Source of the DNA: Chamaesiphon sp. OTE_8_metabat_110
GTDB lineage: Bacteria; Cyanobacteriota; Cyanobacteriia; Cyanobacteriales; Chamaesiphonaceae
DNA: 47,410 bases
Reading direction: 5' to 3'
Assembly: GCF_031382685.1 (NCBI RefSeq)
Contig: NZ_JANMZA010000140.1
Coordinates: forward strand, 1-47,410
Both the position numbers and the translations under genes were made by a program. Each line of letters begins with the position of its first letter. Position 1 is the stretch's first letter. Positions 30,822-40,665 of this stretch are shown here, piece by piece. Under the pieces are notes generated by a model, which was not told the DNA's origin, ran no database searches, and was given only the letters and a program-made list of their open reading frames with translations.

Positions 30822-31595
30822 ATGACATTCTCTAAGCCACCGATAGTTGAAGCTATATTTCATTTAGTTGTCGAGCGTGACAGTGATTTCGAGCGTGAGG
30901 TATTGAATGAATATGCAAAATACATTACACAAACTTTTCCTATTTTTAACCAAGAAGAAAAAAGATTTTTAAAGAATGAGATAACAGTTAAGCTGGACGA
31001 TTTAGACAATATCACTTCTTCTGTAACCAATATTTTAGAAGGATATAAGCTATCTTCAAATGATAGGGCTAAAGTTATTCAAGCCAATACGAGCAGCTTC
31101 TCCTTTAGCAAACTACATCCTTATGAAACATGGGATATTTTCTATGAAGAAGCAAACAAATTTTGGGAGAAATACGTTGAGACGACCTCAGCTACTAGAG
31201 TCAAAAGGCTCAGTTTGAGATACCTCAATCGTATCATGATACCTTTTGAAAAAAAAGTGATTCAACTGCATGATTATATTAAGGTTTTCCCCGAAGTTTC
31301 TGATGATTTGTCTATGATAATCTCTGGATATTTTATGCAAATATCCCTTGCGTCAATGACTTATCAGCCATCGCAAGCAATTGTCAATCAAACAGTTGGT
31401 AGCGAAGAAGTTGGAGGAACTAATGGTGATTCAACATTTATTCCTTTAATTTTTGATGTAGAAGTTTTTCAGGATGTAGATCTTGATGTTCGAGATAGCT
31501 CTATAAATTCTATTTTTGTTGACAACTTGCGCCCATTCAAGAACGATATATTTTTTAACAGCATTACTGAGAAATCGCAGGAGTTTTTTCAATGA
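30822..31595 (+). CDS. TIGR04255-family protein
   Basis: FSKPPIVEAIF N-terminus, PYETWDIF, RLSLRYLNRI, IFDVEV, KNDIFFNSITE. Confidence 0.75.
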   Translation: MTFSKPPIVEAIFHLVVERDSDFEREVLNEYAKYITQTFPIFNQEEKRFLKNEITVKLDDLDNITSSVTNILEGYKLSSNDRAKVIQANTSSFSFSKLHPYETWDIFYEEANKFWEKYVETTSATRVKRLSLRYLNRIMIPFEKKVIQLHDYIKVFPEVSDDLSMIISGYFMQISLASMTYQPSQAIVNQTVGSEEVGGTNGDSTFIPLIFDVEVFQDVDLDVRDSSINSIFVDNLRPFKNDIFFNSITEKSQEFFQ

Positions 31596-32164
31596 TTAAC
31601 AAAACTAATTCCAGAAGCTGTATCGATACTTTAACAAAGCCAGCTTACGTTATTGTTGCAAGTTCTAGCAAAGGTCAAAGTCAAGAATACGGACGAGTTG
31701 AAGCACAGATACATCATCAAGAGCGTAATGACACTCAACTTAAATATGTCCTGGCGAGTATCAGTGACATTGCGGTGTTTGAACGTCGAGCAGAATGTCT
31801 AAGAGATTTACTACTTGAAGATCGCACTGCTTTGTCGGAACAAGAGATCTTAGACATCAGAAATATTTTCAATCAAAGTCAACAATTGAGTGACAAAATT
31901 CAAAATAAAAATCAGCTTATTTTACTGTCACTGGCAAGTCTTCTAGAGCCACTAATCGAAAATTCTGCATATTCACATGAGATAGCGTCTATTGTTAGAA
32001 TTTTATTAAAGTCTCCTGTAGAAACTTTGAGATATGCTGGTCTAGATATTATTGCGGCTGGACTAAATATATCTCCCATCGCAGATAAATTATTGGAAGA
32101 AGCAAGAATATTGCTCAAGGCTGAAGAGTCAGGGTACGTTCGTGATTACTTGGAGTCCCTTTAG
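31592..32164 (+). CDS. hypothetical helical protein with HEAT-like C-terminus
   Basis: 4-nt overlap with upstream gene; ILLKSPVETLRYAGLDII...EESGYVRDYL. Confidence 0.65.
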   Translation: MINKTNSRSCIDTLTKPAYVIVASSSKGQSQEYGRVEAQIHHQERNDTQLKYVLASISDIAVFERRAECLRDLLLEDRTALSEQEILDIRNIFNQSQQLSDKIQNKNQLILLSLASLLEPLIENSAYSHEIASIVRILLKSPVETLRYAGLDIIAAGLNISPIADKLLEEARILLKAEESGYVRDYLESL

Positions 32165-32167
32165 TTT

Positions 32168-32728
32168 GTGGAGCAATTTTTTTATTATCGAAGTTTAAGT
32201 AACCGTCCTGTTATTTGGAGAGATGGAAAGAAAGTAAAAAGCTTCCCGTCTAATCTGACAAAGGATGATTACTTGAGACATATGAAGTTGGGAAAAGGAT
32301 TTCCTTCAATCTGGAAATCATCAAGTGATGAGGATTTAGAAAGAATTGCTCTGGGTACTATGTTGTGCAGGGGACATCTTGACAAGCTAGAATTAATTGG
32401 TTTCGATCCATGCTGCTTCGAGCAAACTAAAATCCGTGTTGTGCAAGCGACCGATCCTCAATTTCCTCTACCTCTAGTTGCAAATCTTCATCATGAATTG
32501 TGTGTTGGTGATAGTGATGACAACGATCTAATAGGTTCAATAGAAATTTTCCTACAATGTAACGGCGATATCAAAAGATTTCCAAAATTGCCAACAACAG
32601 GATTAGAATTGAGTATCTTAGATTTAGCAAATAAATACATTGAAGAAATTAGTGGGGATAATCATTTAAAAACTGCCCATAAATGGATTGAAGACCATGA
32701 GAAAAAGCTTAAATCACAACAAAAGTAA
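32168..32728 (+). CDS. hypothetical protein, possible ADP-ribosyltransferase-like toxin
   Basis: 186-aa AT-rich ORF 3 nt after previous stop; FYYR, PSIW and NLHHEL pattern. Confidence 0.6.
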   Translation: MEQFFYYRSLSNRPVIWRDGKKVKSFPSNLTKDDYLRHMKLGKGFPSIWKSSSDEDLERIALGTMLCRGHLDKLELIGFDPCCFEQTKIRVVQATDPQFPLPLVANLHHELCVGDSDDNDLIGSIEIFLQCNGDIKRFPKLPTTGLELSILDLANKYIEEISGDNHLKTAHKWIEDHEKKLKSQQK

Positions 32729-32896
32729 TACATTACGTAGCTGCGGAAACTGACTAATTATGCTATGTGCGACCGATTCAGAAGGGAAGGATAAACAGAT
32801 CGGTCTTTGAGATCGAGCGAGCTGTTACCGCGCCACAGAGTTATGATTCAGAGGGGCTGTATTGCCTATTCTTAAAAGTCCGCCCTCTGATTTCCC

Positions 32897-35710
32897 ATGA
32901 CTAAACGTAAGCCTGTTTTCATCGAAAAGATTTTCCCGATTAAGTTGCTCAATGAGCAGGTGTATTACGAAAATGGGGGGAATCCATTTAAGGGGTTGCA
33001 TCGGTGGTATTCGCGGAAGCCGTTATCTTTCAGTCGGGCTTCGGTGTTGGGTTCGATTTTGCCTGCGGATGTCTCGATGGAGGAGTTTGAGTATCTATTG
33101 GGCTTGGAGAAGCGGGAATATCGTAACAAGGAGACGAAGCTATACAAAACGCCGCCTTCACCAGATCGCATCAAACAGGTTCATGCTTTGTGTGAGGGGA
33201 TGTGGGGAACTGCTACGCCAACTGTGCTGGATGCCTTTGCTGGAGGCGGAAGTATCCCGTTTGAGGCAGCGCGGTATGGGTTGAATGTGCTGGCTTCGGA
33301 TTTGAATCCGGTGGCGGTAGTGACGATGAAGGCAGCTATCGAATTTCCGCTCAGGTTTGGCCCCGATTTACAGCAGGATATCGATAAGTGGGTAAAGTGG
33401 GTTGGGGATGAGGCTGAGAAGCGGTTGGCTGAGTTTTTTCCGTCGGAGCCGAATGAGACGGTGCAGAATTATTTATGGGCGCATACGGTGATATGTCCGA
33501 GTTGTGAGTCGGTTGTGCCTCTGAGTCCGAATTGGTGGTTGAGTAAAACGACTAATTACGCTGGGAAAGGACAAGCTAGGAAAATTACTAGTGATTGGTA
33601 TGCGGTGCGCCCGATTCCGAATCTTGAGCAGAAGCGGGTAGATTTTGAATTGGTGAAAGGGAAGAAGGGGAAGGAAACAACTATCGTAACGGAAGATGGT
33701 CAAGAGTTCGATCCTGATGAATTTATAACTATTGCTAGAGGTGTTGGAAAATGTCCTAATTGTGGAAATGTCATCGGCGATGATGTGATCAAAATGCAAG
33801 TAAAGTCAGGGCAACTAGATCATCAACTATATGCAGTTGCCTATAAACAAGGGAAAGAAATTTTAAAGTTTAGGAATCCTCATGATAAAGACTTACAAGG
33901 ATGGAAATTAGCAAGATCGACAATTATCAAGAAATATGCTGACCTTCAATCACATACAATCTTTCCATCAGAAACAATAGTCAACGATCATGGTCAGATT
34001 CTTAATTATTGCAGAACATGGTCGGATATTTTTAATCATCGTCAGCTTTTAACACTTGCTAATTATGTAGAAATTATCAATGCGGCGAAGGAGCTAATGA
34101 AGAAAGAATATGAGATTGAGAGAGTAGAGGCAATCGTCACTTATTTGACATTGGTACTCGATCGATGTGTTGATGTAAATTGTCGATTGGCGCATGTTAA
34201 TACGATGGGGCCAAAAATTGAAGGAGCTTCAGGACAACATTCTCTCAACCTTATATGGAACTATCCCGAAGTTAATGGGGCTAATCGTTTATGGCGGTGG
34301 TGTGCAGACAAAGTAATTACAGACTATCCCAAGCTTTGTGAAATATTAAATATAAATCTAAACTTTTCAGGCACTTTGAATGTAGAGCAATATATTCCCA
34401 AATTAATTCAGATATCATTAGCATCATCAGACTCATTAGCTCATATTGATAACAAATCTCTTGATGTCATCGTTACCGATCCACCTTATTATGGGACAAT
34501 TCCCTATTCCGATCTGTCAGACTTTTTTTATGTTTGGCAAAAACGTACTCTAGGCGATATTTTCCCCAATCTATTTTGGGCAGAGTTGACCGACAAAGAT
34601 CGGGAAGCCGTTGCTAATCCCTCTCGCTTTCGAGGAATGGGAGGTAGCCCCGAAGAACTCGCCAACCAGGACTATGAAGCAAAAATGGCTCTGGCATTTG
34701 CTGAATACTATCGCGTCCTCCGAGATGATGGAGTAATGACCGTCCAATTCAACCACAAGGATTCTGGCGCGTGGGATGTGCTTGCCAAATCCTTGATTGA
34801 TGCGGGGTTTGAAATTACCGCTTCTTGGGCTGTCAGTACCGAAAATCCTCAAAATCTCCACCAAGCTCAGAAAAACTCGGTTTCTAGTACAGTCTTGCTC
34901 GTCTGCCGGAAACGCGATCCCGATGCTGGTAGCGCGTGGTGGGAGGATCTGCGCCCAGAGGTTGCGAATTTAGTCGAAGAACGCGCCCCAAAATTTGAGG
35001 AAGCCGATATCAATGGGATCGATCTCTATCTGTCGACATTTGGCCCCGCGCTGAATGTCTTTTCGCGCCATTATCCAATCCTCAATAGTAGCGGGGAGGA
35101 AGTCCGCCCAGAGGAGGCTTTTACCGAAGCTCGTAAAGCCGTGGCAAACTATCGCTTCCGCAAACTCGCCCACATCGACACCGCCGGATTCGATCCGCTA
35201 ACAATTTGGTATCTGCTGGCTTGGGATGCTTTCCGCGCCCGTGAATTTCCCTTTGATGATGCCCGTCAATTGGCACTAGCGATCGGTGGTTTTAATATTA
35301 GCGAACTCAAAGGAGCGATGAAACTCCTCGAAGTAAAATCGGGCACTTGTAGACTGCTGACTCCCGCCCAACGCGCTCAGAAACGCGCCTTCTCGACTAA
35401 TCCCGATGATTTTACCCTGACTTCCCTCGTCGATGCCCTCCATGCCACGATCGCCATCTATCAGGAAGAACAGACGATCGAACCCGTGCGCCGTTTCCTC
35501 CGAGCAACAGCACTGATTAATAACGATCTGTTCATGCGGGCATGGGAAGTCACATTGAAAGTAATTCCCCTGATTCGGGATAGTAAAAAACGCATCCCCG
35601 AAGAACAAGCTCTCGCCGATCTGTGGCTGGCAATGGATGAGATTAAGGCTAAGGTAATCTACGTTCAACAGGAATTAGATTTGGGCACCGTTCAGCAATC
35701 CTTATTTTAA
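32897..35710 (+). CDS. DUF1156 adenine-specific DNA methyltransferase with Zn ribbon
   Basis: LHRWYSRKPL, VLDAFAGGGSIPFEA, CPSC/CPNC, catalytic VTDPPYY. Confidence 0.88.
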   Translation: MTKRKPVFIEKIFPIKLLNEQVYYENGGNPFKGLHRWYSRKPLSFSRASVLGSILPADVSMEEFEYLLGLEKREYRNKETKLYKTPPSPDRIKQVHALCEGMWGTATPTVLDAFAGGGSIPFEAARYGLNVLASDLNPVAVVTMKAAIEFPLRFGPDLQQDIDKWVKWVGDEAEKRLAEFFPSEPNETVQNYLWAHTVICPSCESVVPLSPNWWLSKTTNYAGKGQARKITSDWYAVRPIPNLEQKRVDFELVKGKKGKETTIVTEDGQEFDPDEFITIARGVGKCPNCGNVIGDDVIKMQVKSGQLDHQLYAVAYKQGKEILKFRNPHDKDLQGWKLARSTIIKKYADLQSHTIFPSETIVNDHGQILNYCRTWSDIFNHRQLLTLANYVEIINAAKELMKKEYEIERVEAIVTYLTLVLDRCVDVNCRLAHVNTMGPKIEGASGQHSLNLIWNYPEVNGANRLWRWCADKVITDYPKLCEILNINLNFSGTLNVEQYIPKLIQISLASSDSLAHIDNKSLDVIVTDPPYYGTIPYSDLSDFFYVWQKRTLGDIFPNLFWAELTDKDREAVANPSRFRGMGGSPEELANQDYEAKMALAFAEYYRVLRDDGVMTVQFNHKDSGAWDVLAKSLIDAGFEITASWAVSTENPQNLHQAQKNSVSSTVLLVCRKRDPDAGSAWWEDLRPEVANLVEERAPKFEEADINGIDLYLSTFGPALNVFSRHYPILNSSGEEVRPEEAFTEARKAVANYRFRKLAHIDTAGFDPLTIWYLLAWDAFRAREFPFDDARQLALAIGGFNISELKGAMKLLEVKSGTCRLLTPAQRAQKRAFSTNPDDFTLTSLVDALHATIAIYQEEQTIEPVRRFLRATALINNDLFMRAWEVTLKVIPLIRDSKKRIPEEQALADLWLAMDEIKAKVIYVQQELDLGTVQQSLF

Positions 35711-35712
35711 CC

Positions 35713-38700
35713 ATGTCTAATCCTCCTGCGCTCCGCGACTATCCTTGGAAGATCGGTTACTCCAGCGATACCCACAATCCGATCGTCGATTTTTATATTC
35801 CCGCCCTCGAACGTGCCAGTCAATACGATCGCAAGGCTGGATTCTTTAATAGTGCGATTCTCAGTAGTGTGGCGCGGGGGATTGGTGCGATGCTTGCCCA
35901 GCAGGGCAAAATTCGGTTGATTATGGGCTGTCAATTTAGCCCCCAAGATATCGCCGCCATTCGTCAAGGCTATAGCCTGCGGGATGCCCTAAATGCGCCA
36001 CTCGATCGAGCATTGACTCCACCCCAAAACTGGAGTCAACTCAAGCACTTCGAGCTACTCAGTTGGTTGATCGAACACAATTATCTCGATCTCCGCATTG
36101 CCATCCCCCTAAAGTCCGATGGTTCCCCAGAAGATCCCCATACTCAACTCGCCCCAGAACGCTTATTCCACGAGAAAGTGGGGATTATTACCGATAGTTT
36201 TGGCGATCGATTGGCATTCAGCGGTTCTAATAATGAATCCCTCGGTGGTTGGTATGCAAATGTCGAATCTTTCCATGTCTATCTGGACTGGGAAGGCGGA
36301 CGCGATCGGGAACGGGTAGAACTCGAAGCAGAACGATTCGATCGGTTGTGGGCGAACCAAACCCCCAATGTGGCGATATTTACCATCCCCGATGCCGTCC
36401 GCCGACGGTTGTTGAGATATACGCCCAAGCAAGCTCCGATTTGGCAACAGGAACTGGAATTCGATCTGCGCTCGATCGTGCCTAGTCAACTTCCTGCTGA
36501 TGAAGTTAATTCAGTCCCGCCAGTAATTGATGATAGCCTTGGCTCTAAAGATAGGCAAGATGCCTGTCCCACAGTTGCTGAAATCGAAGATTTTCAACGC
36601 CTTCACAATCTCCATACCGATCCTAGTTGTCTCGCCTACGTTCTCCATTCCATTCCAATTCAACCTTGGCTGCATCAACTCAAAATCCTCTACCGTTACG
36701 TCGCCGAATTTCCTCGCAACTCACTGATTGCTGATGAAGTGGGCTTAGGGAAAACGATCGAGACGGGCTTAATTCTCCGCTATCTCCTCGTCTCCCAAAA
36801 AGCGAAACGCATCCTCATCCTCGCTCCCGCCAGCGTTCAACCCCAATGGCAAAGCGAACTCCGCGAAAAATTCAATCTTCATTTCCACAGCTTCAGCCAA
36901 GGCGAACTCCTCGATCCGTTTGGGCAATCCACACCCCTAACGGATAATCCTTGGGATAGTCATCATCTGATCCTAGCTTCCAGCCACCTCGTCCGTCGTC
37001 AAGATCGGATGCGAGAACTCCTAGCCTCTCAGCCGTGGGATTTAGTCATCCTCGATGAAGCTCACCACGCCCGTCGTAAATCTCCCCAAAACCGTCAAGA
37101 TACGCCCAATCGACTCCTAGAGTTGATGCGCCAATTAAAAGATCGCACTCAAGCCTTACTCTTACTTTCGGCGACCCCAATGCAGATCGATCCGATCGAG
37201 ATTTTCGATCTACTCCACCTATTGGGATTAAGCGGACATTGGCAATACGGCGATAACTTCTGCAACTACTTCCACTACCTAACTCAAAGCAGCGATCCAC
37301 AAATTCTCGCCTTCTGGCAACAATTATCTGTCGATTACTTTACCAGCGGCGGTAAACCATGTCCGCGCATTCAGCAATATTGGCAATCTCGCGATCGACT
37401 TTTAGCCAGTAAACTCTCCGATACCTGGCAACGTGGGCGCAAGATTACCAATCCCCGTCAAATGCTAGCTGATGAAACATTTATCACCGCTTCCCGCCAG
37501 TTCCTGACAGCCAATAACCCACTCAAGGATCTGATGTTTCGCCACACGCGGGATACTCTACGCCAATACTACCGCCTGGGCGTACTGGCTAAAGATATTC
37601 CTCAACGGGAAGTCTGGGATGTGGCAATTACCCTCGAACCATTGCGTGAAGCAGATTTATATCGATCTGTCAGTAGTTATGTCCGCGACTTTTATCGTCT
37701 CGCCCAAAAACAAAATCGTAAAGCCTTGGGCTTTCTGATGACGCTCTATCGCAAACGTTTAACTAGTTCTTTTTATGCAATTCAACAATCCCTCACCCGC
37801 CGTCTCAACGATCTCCTCACCGGAAAACCAACTAGTCTCAGCGTAGACGATCTATTAGAACTAGACGACTTAGATGATAGTGCGATCGATAGTTTGGCAG
37901 CACTAGCCGAATCCGTCCATCCCCAAGAAATCGAATATTTACAAGATTTACTCCGACAATTCGATCGCACAGGGGAAGATACTAAATGTGCCCAATTTTT
38001 AAAAGTACTCAGGTGCGAATTGCAAGCGCGAGATAGTGCGATCGTTTTCACCCAATATACTGACACGATGGATTATCTCCGCGAATTCCTCCAATCCAGT
38101 TTTGGCACGACGGGGGTAGCCTGTTATTCTGGTCGCGGTGGAGAACTTTATCAAGATAGTCAATGGAAAATCGTCCCCAAAGAGAGGATTAAAAGTCTGT
38201 TTCGCGATGGCAAAATTGATATTCTCCTCTGCACAGAATCTGCCAGTGAAGGCTTAAACCTCCAAACTTGTGGTGTCTTAATCAACTACGATCTCCCCTG
38301 GAATCCCATGCGGGTAGAACAAAGAATTGGGCGGATCGATCGGATCGGACAGCGTTATCCCACCGTCCGCATCCACAACTTCTACTACGATGGCACCGTC
38401 GAAGCCAAAGTCTACCGCCGTCTCCGCGAACGCATCGATGCCTTTGCCACCGTCGTGGGCAACCTCCAACCAATTCTCGCCCAAGTCCCCACCTTCATCG
38501 AACGCGCTGTCATGAGTGCCGATCCTGAAGAAGAAGATGTCCTATTATCCGAATTTGAACAGATCCTCGATACCCCTCCACTCCGCCCTGCACTCGACGA
38601 AATGCTCGAAGCCGATGTCCGAGCCGATTTAGCTGAAACCAGCCGCCCTTTTGCCCCTACAACTCTGACTAACGATCGCATTGAAACTCTCTTCACCTCT

Positions 38701-38913
38701 TCCGCAATGCTCAAATCCCAAGGAGTTGAATTCATCTCCCAAGGCGATCGATGTTGGCAACTTATTTTAAACAATAAGCTCTATTTAATTACTTTTCACC
38801 CCGAAGTATTTGAAGAACGATCTTCTTCTCTCCGCCTACTAGCCTTCGGCGATCCTTTATTCGATCGGCTACTTGCTCTTACCGCAGTTCAAACTGATTC
38901 GATCGAGTCTTGA
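35713..38913 (+). CDS. PLD-nuclease-SNF2 helicase fusion
   Basis: PLD-type FHEKVGIITD...FSGSNNES; IADEVGLGKT, DEAHH, LSATP, SEGLNLQ, WNPMRVEQRIGRIDR. Confidence 0.88.
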   Translation: MSNPPALRDYPWKIGYSSDTHNPIVDFYIPALERASQYDRKAGFFNSAILSSVARGIGAMLAQQGKIRLIMGCQFSPQDIAAIRQGYSLRDALNAPLDRALTPPQNWSQLKHFELLSWLIEHNYLDLRIAIPLKSDGSPEDPHTQLAPERLFHEKVGIITDSFGDRLAFSGSNNESLGGWYANVESFHVYLDWEGGRDRERVELEAERFDRLWANQTPNVAIFTIPDAVRRRLLRYTPKQAPIWQQELEFDLRSIVPSQLPADEVNSVPPVIDDSLGSKDRQDACPTVAEIEDFQRLHNLHTDPSCLAYVLHSIPIQPWLHQLKILYRYVAEFPRNSLIADEVGLGKTIETGLILRYLLVSQKAKRILILAPASVQPQWQSELREKFNLHFHSFSQGELLDPFGQSTPLTDNPWDSHHLILASSHLVRRQDRMRELLASQPWDLVILDEAHHARRKSPQNRQDTPNRLLELMRQLKDRTQALLLLSATPMQIDPIEIFDLLHLLGLSGHWQYGDNFCNYFHYLTQSSDPQILAFWQQLSVDYFTSGGKPCPRIQQYWQSRDRLLASKLSDTWQRGRKITNPRQMLADETFITASRQFLTANNPLKDLMFRHTRDTLRQYYRLGVLAKDIPQREVWDVAITLEPLREADLYRSVSSYVRDFYRLAQKQNRKALGFLMTLYRKRLTSSFYAIQQSLTRRLNDLLTGKPTSLSVDDLLELDDLDDSAIDSLAALAESVHPQEIEYLQDLLRQFDRTGEDTKCAQFLKVLRCELQARDSAIVFTQYTDTMDYLREFLQSSFGTTGVACYSGRGGELYQDSQWKIVPKERIKSLFRDGKIDILLCTESASEGLNLQTCGVLINYDLPWNPMRVEQRIGRIDRIGQRYPTVRIHNFYYDGTVEAKVYRRLRERIDAFATVVGNLQPILAQVPTFIERAVMSADPEEEDVLLSEFEQILDTPPLRPALDEMLEADVRADLAETSRPFAPTTLTNDRIETLFTSSAMLKSQGVEFISQGDRCWQLILNNKLYLITFHPEVFEERSSSLRLLAFGDPLFDRLLALTAVQTDSIES

Positions 38914-39107
38914 GGCTAAAATTCAATCTTTTCTTCTCAATATTCTAAATAAATTTAGTAGCGAACTAAAAATTAGACTACAATGGCGTATGTAGCCGTT
39001 AAAATTTGGACAAGTAATTGCCCCATCTGTACCTCGGCTTCGCTTTATTGAGTTGGTTCAGCTTGGCGGCGATTTAACTCAATAAAGCTTTCCCTCGGAT
39101 ATTAAAT

Positions 39108-39719
39108 ATGAGTCGCACTTGGCGCATGTCGTGCCATTTGCGATCCATCAACCAACCACCTTTTATTAAGGAGTCAATTTTATTTGTGTATCTCAATCAT
39201 CTAACCGATCCTCCCGATATGCAAGTCTATGCGTCGTCATCTCAAAATGATCTCATTCATCAAGAAGACGACACAGGCGAAACAAGCTATGGCGACAACG
39301 AGCAAGACGATCCCAGCATCGAACAAGACGATGCGCTTCGCGAACGCATCTTATCCATAGCACTGGAACTTTTTAAGTCCAATAGTGAAATCACGATCCA
39401 AGATGTTGTTGATGCTTCCAATATTAAGGAGTCGCCGATCCGTCATCGATTAGGTCAGTTGGTTTCTATGGGGAAATTGAGTTTTGCCCGTGGAACAGGT
39501 CGAAGACCCAATTATTACTACTTGCCAAAAGAAGTAACTACCGAAAACTCCGATCTTGATGATTTACACGAGCTAGCAAAGCTTGTTAAGCAAAAAGAGA
39601 TGAACATCCATCAGCAAATAGTCAGTCTTCAACAAGAACGTGAGAAGGTCTTAGCTGACTTATCTGCAATTGAAAGAACCATAGAAATCAAAGAAGAGTA
39701 TAGAGGTACTTATGACTAA
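39108..39719 (+). CDS. hypothetical winged-helix protein with coiled-coil tail
   Basis: ITIQDVVDASNIKESPIRHRLGQLVSMGKL..GTGRRPNYYY; start uncertain (ATG near 39219 possible). Confidence 0.6.
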   Translation: MSRTWRMSCHLRSINQPPFIKESILFVYLNHLTDPPDMQVYASSSQNDLIHQEDDTGETSYGDNEQDDPSIEQDDALRERILSIALELFKSNSEITIQDVVDASNIKESPIRHRLGQLVSMGKLSFARGTGRRPNYYYLPKEVTTENSDLDDLHELAKLVKQKEMNIHQQIVSLQQEREKVLADLSAIERTIEIKEEYRGTYD

Positions 39720-40569
39720 TCCAGAAGATCCTAGTAAAAAGTCACAAAAAGCGGTCAAGGCAGAAAGAGCCACTATTCTTTTAGGAGAGATCTCTTTAGA
39801 GGTATTCAAAATGCCAGATGGACACTACAGACTGAGCCAGACCCAGGTAGCTGGGGCGGTCGGAAAAGACGAATCCTCGTTCCGGAAATTTAGAACGTCT
39901 AAATCGCCGGATGCGTTGCGGCTTAACGGATTCCGTTCCGGAAAGATCGGTATTGAGGGTAATAACATCAAAGTATCTACGATACCAGTGGAATTAGCCG
40001 CAGCCTACTGGGTTAAGGAATCCATCGCGCAAAATGCTGTTGCGAGTCGATTGCTAGGTGCGTGTGCAGTTGAATCAATCGAACGTCGAGCAGACATCGC
40101 TTTAGGCATTAAGCGAACCGAGCAAGAATACAATCAGCGTTTTGCCGTCAGGGTGGATTTGAAAGATGTAAAGCGCAAAAAACTCGTCAGTGCAATAGCT
40201 CACTGGCTGCACAAGCAGAAAATATATGGATCTAAGAGTGGGCAGACATCCTTCAAAGAAGCCCACGACCACATAAACTTGGGATTGCAAAATTTGAGAT
40301 CGAGAGATATTAAAAAATCGAACAATCTCCCCAAATCTGCGTTGATTCGAGATTACTTTGAAGTTGCTGTACTTGTTAATTATTCATCAATTAGTCAGAT
40401 AGCTGCCAATTTCTTGAATAACGAGATGGCTTGTAATCCTATTGAGGCGATCGATATGGCTTTTGCCTGCTACTTACCATCGAACTATATTGCCAAACCC
40501 TGCGATCTTATCGAGAATATCAACAAAGTCGGAAGTAATTTGAAAAAGATGAAGAGCAAAGCTTCGTGA
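39712..40569 (+). CDS. phage/plasmid-type DNA-binding protein (antirepressor/P63C-like N-terminus)
   Basis: KAERATILLGEISLEVFKMPDGHYRLSQTQVAGAVG...AAAYW; overlaps previous gene. Confidence 0.55.
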   Translation: MTNPEDPSKKSQKAVKAERATILLGEISLEVFKMPDGHYRLSQTQVAGAVGKDESSFRKFRTSKSPDALRLNGFRSGKIGIEGNNIKVSTIPVELAAAYWVKESIAQNAVASRLLGACAVESIERRADIALGIKRTEQEYNQRFAVRVDLKDVKRKKLVSAIAHWLHKQKIYGSKSGQTSFKEAHDHINLGLQNLRSRDIKKSNNLPKSALIRDYFEVAVLVNYSSISQIAANFLNNEMACNPIEAIDMAFACYLPSNYIAKPCDLIENINKVGSNLKKMKSKAS

Positions 40570-40595
40570 TGTTTATGATTGGTTAATTTTAGAGA

Positions 40596-40628
40596 AATCT
40601 CCGTAGCTGTGCTGCGGGGATTTTTTTC
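40596..40628 (+). terminator. intrinsic terminator
   Basis: aatctccgtagc-tgt-gctgcggggatt followed by a T run. Confidence 0.65.
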
Positions 40629-40665
40629 TGTCGTTATTTATCCCACATTCCGCTGTTTCGATAGA

